A DNA stretch of 64,000 bases from a virus: positions 96,001-160,000 of IMG/VR virus record IMGVR_UViG_3300023174_000056. One strand, 5' to 3'. The notes beneath the pieces were generated by a model. It saw only the letters and a list, made by a program, of their open reading frames with translations, did not search any database and had not been told where the DNA came from. The position numbers and the translations under genes were made by a program. Of this stretch, positions 58,948 to 64,000 are shown one piece after another. Position 1 is the stretch's first letter. Each line of letters begins with the position of its first letter.

Positions 58948-59526
58948 TTAAACGTTTCCTTCTAAAATCTTAAGTGCTTTTTCTGAATAAGCTACACGTT
59001 GATCGTGATGTAGTTTTCCAGTTCCATTAACTCTTAATGTAATTGTATCTAGATCCCATTTATCAGCAGCTTCATCTAATTTACGATCTTTGAAGTATTG
59101 GCAAGCAATCTTGACTGAAACTTCTGGAGTGCAAGCTAATTCTGGTTTGTTGGCTAAATCTAAGCCCAGCTTCTTGCCGTATAGCTCATAGTTAGCACGT
59201 CCAGTTAACTGGAGAACGCCACGACCAATAAACTTAGGACCGTCACCAGCTTGGGTGTTACCTAAATTTTTACGACCTTCGTAAAGCGTTCCTGTCGGTT
59301 CAGCAGCGTCTTTTGGGTCTTTCTTGTTGTATTTAGATGGTAGTTCTTTATCGTAGCGCAATTCGCCACTTTCAACACCAATTTGTCCTAATAGTGCTGC
59401 AATACGTTTTGGAGTATTGAATCCCATTTCTTCACAGGCTTTTCCAAAAATTGGACCATAGGCTTTGATCTTGTCTGCTGGTGCTTTTGGAAAAATTGCT
59501 TTTAGTTTTTCTTCAGTTAATATCAT
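58948..59526 (-). CDS. Glycoside hydrolase family 19 endolysin
   Basis: RIAA.LGQ..VESG.L.Y..E, YEGR..LGNTQ.GDG.KF.GRG.LQLTGR.NY, IT.R.NG. Confidence 0.9.
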   Translation of the reverse strand: MILTEEKLKAIFPKAPADKIKAYGPIFGKACEEMGFNTPKRIAALLGQIGVESGELRYDKELPSKYNKKDPKDAAEPTGTLYEGRKNLGNTQAGDGPKFIGRGVLQLTGRANYELYGKKLGLDLANKPELACTPEVSVKIACQYFKDRKLDEAADKWDLDTITLRVNGTGKLHHDQRVAYSEKALKILEGNV

Positions 59527-59866
59527 CTCCCTTCTCCTTATAGTAGGTTAAAATGTCGAGCTTATTTAAATAGTTTTTAAATTGTTTTCCGTTCATTCCT
59601 AAAATACGCATAGCACCTTTTTTTGTTCCAGCAATACCCAATGCAGCTTTAAACATGGCATCACGAACAAATTTTGGAGTTGATTTCCAGATAGGGAGTC
59701 CAAGAACAGCTATTGGATTTTTATGCAATGCTAATTCTAATTTTAAAGCAATCATTTCTTCCATAGTTAAATTAGATAGCAATGTCTCAAAATACTCGTT
59801 ACTCTTCTTTTTCTCTCTTAGAATTTTTATCATTGAGTAACGATTTACTATTAATTTCTTGGTCAT
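59513..59866 (-). CDS. Putative Fis-type helix-turn-helix DNA-binding protein
   Basis: C-terminal AAL...GTKKGAMRILGM....F resembles the Fis AL...GN...AA..LG HTH. Confidence 0.45.
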   Translation of the reverse strand: MTKKLIVNRYSMIKILREKKKSNEYFETLLSNLTMEEMIALKLELALHKNPIAVLGLPIWKSTPKFVRDAMFKAALGIAGTKKGAMRILGMNGKQFKNYLNKLDILTYYKEKGDDIN

Positions 59867-60128
59867 TATGTAATCCTAATAAAGCATACCCAGCAATATC
59901 ACGCCAAGGGCTTTCTCCAAAAGCATCTTTTTTATTTGCTATACGGAATAATTTATCTATTACTCTAATAATAGCAAGAGCGTCCGTATACTGTTCTGGT
60001 TTAATACCATTAGGGTATAGGACGCTCAAAATTTTATGGCATTCAGCAAATGAACTACCATAGGCTGAATTTTTTTCATCTACCAAACTTCCAACTGACA
60101 AACCTAAATTTTTATATGTGTTTTCCAT
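59799..60128 (-). CDS. Nucleotide-modification-associated (DUF1599/Nmad1-like, MazG-fold) protein
   Basis: EKN.AYG.SF, R..DKL.RI and D.AGYA.L motifs. The ATG at 60128 is preferred over the TTG at 60149. Confidence 0.55.
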   Translation of the reverse strand: MENTYKNLGLSVGSLVDEKNSAYGSSFAECHKILSVLYPNGIKPEQYTDALAIIRVIDKLFRIANKKDAFGESPWRDIAGYALLGLHNDQEINSKSLLNDKNSKREKEE

Positions 60129-60135
60129 AAAAAAA

Positions 60136-60164
60136 ACTATATCATACAAAAATTATCTATTAAA
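60136..60164 (-). promoter_or_regulatory. Extended -10 promoter placing +1 at or near the ATG at 60128
   Basis: TTTAAT-17 bp-TATAGT with TGn, then 7 T, then ATG; no Shine-Dalgarno. Confidence 0.45.
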
Positions 60165-60381
60165 CAGTTTTCTTTTTCTTGGTAGTTTTAATTTGCTCAA
60201 CAGCTGGGGCTTCCTGTATGGCTTCTACTTCTTGTTCTACTACAACAGGCTCTACAGCTTTTTCTACAACTTCTTCTACTTTTGTTTCTTGTACAGAAGA
60301 CATTTCTTCTGGTTTTACAAGTTCTGCTTTTTTTAAGACAGACTCTATCTTCATTAATTTGTATCTTTTATGTGCGTTCAT
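60160..60381 (-). CDS. Small Glu/Val-rich low-complexity protein
   Basis: AAGGA RBS; 73 aa with an acidic centre and basic ends. Confidence 0.55.
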   Translation of the reverse strand: MNAHKRYKLMKIESVLKKAELVKPEEMSSVQETKVEEVVEKAVEPVVVEQEVEAIQEAPAVEQIKTTKKKKTV

Positions 60382-60392
60382 GGTTTTTTCCT

Positions 60393-61235
60393 TTATACCG
60401 GCTCCTCTTCTGGGGTTTCTGGTGCTTGACCAGCGCCTGTTAGTTCAGATTCTTTTCTGCTTTTCTCTTCTTCATATTCTGGGGTTGTTGGTTCTGGAAC
60501 TGAAGTCTGCAACTCGTCTTCGAATTTATCAAAATATAATTTTAAATTTGTAATTAAATATTTATAAAATAAATCACGATCAGTCTCGTTAGCTAAAATT
60601 GAGTAAGCTTCACGGATTTGTTTTTCAACACGCTTAAAAGATTGTAGAGCTATATTTCTGCCAGTTTCATCTTCACCCTCAATACTAACAAAGGCGTCTT
60701 CTGGGGCTGCTTCTTTTGGTTTTTCTTGATCTTTTTCCTTCTTATCAGATTTTAGAGGTATAAAGGATGGATCTGCTTCTGGCGAATTTGGATCCTTGAT
60801 GTCAATCTTAACTTTTTCTTCTAGATCTGAATCTTCAGAAACATTTTTTTGTGACCCAGCTGCTGGATCGCCTTTTGTTGTTTCTGGGTTTCCAACTGTT
60901 CCACCAGCCTTAAACATTACTGATACTGGCACTAGAAGGTTCTGCACGCTTTTAATAATATGTGCTCTAAACGATTTACGTTGTTCAATATCGGTTCCAA
61001 GTTTTTTATAGAAAGACTTAAGAATTGGAACAATTGTTTCAAGAAGATCTGCTAAAACGTTAATACCAGTTGATTCGTGTGTAACAATATCTTCTGCTTC
61101 ACGAAGAATTTTACGAATATTTTTTCTAAGTCTATATTCATTAATTCTTTCTTGAATTAAATTTGTTTTTTGTGTTTTTTTAATATCTCTAAGAGTTGCT
61201 TGAATATATTCTCTTAATAGTTTTAATTCACTCAT
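60393..61235 (-). CDS. Hypothetical protein, possibly an internal head/core protein
   Basis: LLREYIQ / LRK.IR.ILREAE repeats, HESTGINVL.DLL, D.TGRN.A, YL..N..LYFDKFE. Confidence 0.5.
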   Translation of the reverse strand: MSELKLLREYIQATLRDIKKTQKTNLIQERINEYRLRKNIRKILREAEDIVTHESTGINVLADLLETIVPILKSFYKKLGTDIEQRKSFRAHIIKSVQNLLVPVSVMFKAGGTVGNPETTKGDPAAGSQKNVSEDSDLEEKVKIDIKDPNSPEADPSFIPLKSDKKEKDQEKPKEAAPEDAFVSIEGEDETGRNIALQSFKRVEKQIREAYSILANETDRDLFYKYLITNLKLYFDKFEDELQTSVPEPTTPEYEEEKSRKESELTGAGQAPETPEEEPV

Positions 61236-61238
61236 TTA

Positions 61239-63998
61239 TTATGTTTCCTCTTCTGTTTCGTGCGATTTAAAAGTACGCATTCCACCAGCAACATCACCAG
61301 AACCCATCGCTGACATTTCTTTTAATTTTTTAAAATAACGAACTTGGGTTTCTTCAGATTGCTGTTTTTTATTAAATCTAAAATATCCGATTTTATTTCC
61401 AGTCTTTTTTGAAATTAAACGATACTTGCTTTCGTTAACTAATGAAAGAATTATTTCTTGTAACTCGCCTGGCATTCTTTCTTTCATAATATTATATACT
61501 ATTTCATATTGTTTTTTAGCAGAAGAAGAAATTTTTGCTGGTGAGATTTCTTTAAGCCATTGTTCAAATGTAACATTTGGATCTTTAATCATAGCTCTAG
61601 ATTTTTTACCACTAAATATTCTTGGAGTCTCTATAAATTCAAGATTTATTTGACCAGTTTTTTTATCTAAATCAAGTGGAAGAAAATCGTGATCTGTCAT
61701 AAATTTTTCTATATTAAATCTTTTAACAATATCTTGATAGCCAGCAATTCTGTCGTCTCCAGCTAACCATCCAACTATTATAAATTTTTTCTTTGAACAA
61801 ATATCTATAACGCTAAAAGCATTTAATGGATTTTGTTCTACAATTTCAATTTGTGGATCAGAGCCATAAAGAGAATTTATAAGGTTTAATTGTTCTTTTT
61901 CATTTAAAGGATTTTCAGCTAAATCTTTACTTGATTTTCCGCCCTTAACTACCATAATAACAATTTTTTCTGCCTTTAAGGTTGATAATTTCTTTTTACC
62001 CAATTGAATCATTGCATCATGGCCTTTGTGCCAAGGCTGGGCTCTGCCATTCCAAACAATAACTCTTGTACCTTTAGTTGTATCCATTTCTTTTTTCTCT
62101 GGCTCTTGAGATGTATTCAATAATGGCTCTAATTTAGCGCCATAATATTTCTGCAATACCAATAAATACTTTTTATCGTTTGAAGATCTTGAAGTACCTA
62201 TTATTTCGTAGTCATTCAACAAAATAGTTAAATTATTAACATAATCAATAGATTTTCGTTCTGAATCTCTATCTAAAATACTTTTTTTAGATTTAATAGA
62301 TTTTGTTATACTTTTAACTTCTTCTCTTGCTTTACCTATAGCGATATTAAGATTTTTTTCTAAATTATTTAAAGCTTGTTCATAATTTGGGACAAGAGAT
62401 GCAACGGCTTGCTGTAGGGTCGCATTATTTTGCTTAATACTGTTTTCAAGAGTTGTTAATATATTTTTATCTGTTGTACTTGGTAAAGATAAAATAACTT
62501 TTTTTACAGAAGTTAAAAATTCATCTTTTACATTTTCAGAATTTTTTCTATCTTCCCAAACCACTTTAGCATTTTCAGCAAATTTTTGTGAAGTTCCTTT
62601 TACTTCAAACACTTCACCATCTTTAGCTTTTATTCTTAAAACAACTCCCTCTACGTTTGAATCTTTATCACCAAGCTTAGAAGAAACAGCATCTGCATAT
62701 TTATTTAATATATTCTGTAGTTTTGTTCGTACAGAATTCATTTTTTCTATTAATTTATCTTTTTCAGAATTTTGTTTTCTACTTTTTAATATATTAATAG
62801 CTTCTTCAAATTTTTCTGGTTTTAAATATTCAGCCAAATCTCCTAGTTCAAATGGTATAACTCCTGGAAGTCTCATGTCGTCGTCATTTGAATAAATTTT
62901 CCATTCCTGCTCAAAACCAGAAGAAAGCTTTTTAAAATTAGATATTATTTCAGAGCTAACGGCTGGTTCTGGCCTTACCCAATCATTTTTTTCTTCGCTC
63001 CACTTTGAGCATTTAAAAATAACTGACCCTCCAAATTTTCCAAACTTGTCTTTTTTGTATCTTGTAGAAGCAAATACAACATCTCCAGATTTGCTTCCTT
63101 GATGCGTAAATACTGGAAACATTTCTGAATCAAATCTTACTGGTCCATACGTTTTATAAATTTGTTGGAGGGCTGATTGAAATTTTTTATTATCATGCAA
63201 ATAAGTAAAAGAGTCGATTGATTCTTTTCTAAAACCAAAAACTTGTTGTGCATTATCAGCAGTAACTTCTCCGCTGTAGTTTGATTCCATAAAAAACTTT
63301 CCATCTTTATTGATGCCAAAATGAATAAATGAGGCATCCATTTTTTCAACCATATCAACCGATGGATCGCTCAACAAATCAATTTTAAAACTTTCTTTTT
63401 TTGTATTTCCAGTTTCTTCTCTTAATTTTTTTAATAAAGTTAAAAATTCAACTGGGCTAAATTCATTTTTTCCACTAAAACGGCCAATAGACTCTCTGCC
63501 TTCGTTAAGCATGGATTCTTTAAATAATTCTTGATATTCGCCTGATTGTAACATCTCTAGTTGTTCTGGGGTTAGTGTTTCTTTTACTTTTTTAATAATG
63601 TCTTCTCTATATTTTGCATACTTGTTATTGTAATATTTATTATTAAGAAAAGCATCCATAACTTTTTCAAAAGAGTTTACTTTTTCCCAAGTATAACCTG
63701 GGCCAAATAACCAAGCAGCCATCTCATCTTGATTTTCTAAGAAATGTTCTCTTTTTACGGATATTTTTTTAGGATTTTTTTGTCTTTTGTTTAATGGATC
63801 TGGGTTTGCAATTCTTGTTACAACTTTCTCGACACCAGATTTAAAATTTAAAACATATTTATGCTCTTCAAATTCACCTTGTGGAAATTCTTCAGTAGCT
63901 ATAGGTTTTGTATTTTTTCTATCAACTGTTGAAATAATTGAACCGAGAAGAACATTTCTAAAAGCCGCCTTAAAATTACTACCTTCTGGTTTTCCAGA
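61239..63998 (-). CDS. Multidomain protein (5'-truncated): RNA-ligase-like nucleotidyltransferase plus HxGH cytidylyltransferase/NMNAT-like domain
   Basis: The frame is open from the track start (63722) to the window end. Ligase-like motifs VEKMDAS, FDSEM, EGVVLR, EVKG. Later GRAQPWHKGH, ENPL...E, AGDDR, FSG..SR. Confidence 0.65.
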   Translation of the reverse strand, partial: SGKPEGSNFKAAFRNVLLGSIISTVDRKNTKPIATEEFPQGEFEEHKYVLNFKSGVEKVVTRIANPDPLNKRQKNPKKISVKREHFLENQDEMAAWLFGPGYTWEKVNSFEKVMDAFLNNKYYNNKYAKYREDIIKKVKETLTPEQLEMLQSGEYQELFKESMLNEGRESIGRFSGKNEFSPVEFLTLLKKLREETGNTKKESFKIDLLSDPSVDMVEKMDASFIHFGINKDGKFFMESNYSGEVTADNAQQVFGFRKESIDSFTYLHDNKKFQSALQQIYKTYGPVRFDSEMFPVFTHQGSKSGDVVFASTRYKKDKFGKFGGSVIFKCSKWSEEKNDWVRPEPAVSSEIISNFKKLSSGFEQEWKIYSNDDDMRLPGVIPFELGDLAEYLKPEKFEEAINILKSRKQNSEKDKLIEKMNSVRTKLQNILNKYADAVSSKLGDKDSNVEGVVLRIKAKDGEVFEVKGTSQKFAENAKVVWEDRKNSENVKDEFLTSVKKVILSLPSTTDKNILTTLENSIKQNNATLQQAVASLVPNYEQALNNLEKNLNIAIGKAREEVKSITKSIKSKKSILDRDSERKSIDYVNNLTILLNDYEIIGTSRSSNDKKYLLVLQKYYGAKLEPLLNTSQEPEKKEMDTTKGTRVIVWNGRAQPWHKGHDAMIQLGKKKLSTLKAEKIVIMVVKGGKSSKDLAENPLNEKEQLNLINSLYGSDPQIEIVEQNPLNAFSVIDICSKKKFIIVGWLAGDDRIAGYQDIVKRFNIEKFMTDHDFLPLDLDKKTGQINLEFIETPRIFSGKKSRAMIKDPNVTFEQWLKEISPAKISSSAKKQYEIVYNIMKERMPGELQEIILSLVNESKYRLISKKTGNKIGYFRFNKKQQSEETQVRYFKKLKEMSAMGSGDVAGGMRTFKSHETEEET

Positions 63999-64000
63999 AA

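Noticed and set aside
103-61653. Dozens of short plus-strand ORFs and nested minus-strand ORFs in the track (e.g. 103..300, 2611..2931, 51564..51929, 58575..58796)
   Set aside because: They are antisense or out-of-frame shadows of long, motif-bearing minus-strand genes or RNAs, with no RBS or recognisable motifs. Only 56336..56890 is accepted on the plus strand.
1-64000. Alternative genetic code (stop-codon reassignment as in some jumbo phages)
   Set aside because: Very long ORFs are intact under code 11, and TAA, TAG and TGA are all used as stops at tight gene junctions.
1-64000. Eukaryotic giant virus (NCLDV) origin suggested by sugar genes and the HNH type
   Set aside because: gp25/gp6-like baseplate genes, sigma70 promoters, Shine-Dalgarno sites, tmRNA and peptidoglycan hydrolases indicate a bacteriophage.

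Overview
This is an AT-rich, densely coding segment of a large, T4-distantly-related (jumbo-type) myovirus genome. It uses the standard genetic code and almost every gene is on the minus strand. In transcription order (right to left) the window has five blocks. (1) A 5'-truncated RNA-ligase-like/cytidylyltransferase fusion, small hypothetical genes and a GH19 endolysin. (2) An RNA and translation cluster (about 54.9-58.9 kb): a compact tmRNA (tag ANEDVEFESYALAA), an unannotated 338-nt structured RNA, clpP, tRNA-Gly, an antisense HNH gene, an atypical tRNA-Ala and a SpoU/TrmH methyltransferase. The two ends of the 338-nt RNA rebuild the 23S rRNA L11-binding GTPase-associated centre around a 260-nt insert. 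(3) purB, PIN-PhoH and a Cas4-like nuclease. (4) A 13-gene sugar-nucleotide and glycosyltransferase operon (gmd, rmlB/C/D, aminotransferase, acetyltransferase, methyltransferase, four GTs). (5) A gp55-like late sigma factor followed by about 37 kb of baseplate, tail and fibre genes, including a 3696-aa protein with two 7-bladed beta-propellers. The strongest candidates for new biology are the split rRNA-mimic RNA with its tmRNA/ClpP/SpoU neighbourhood, and a possible virion O-glycosylation system (sugar operon plus a recurring [S/T]-[G/A/S]-[S/T] motif in structural proteins). All calls come from reading motifs by eye; no database searches were run.
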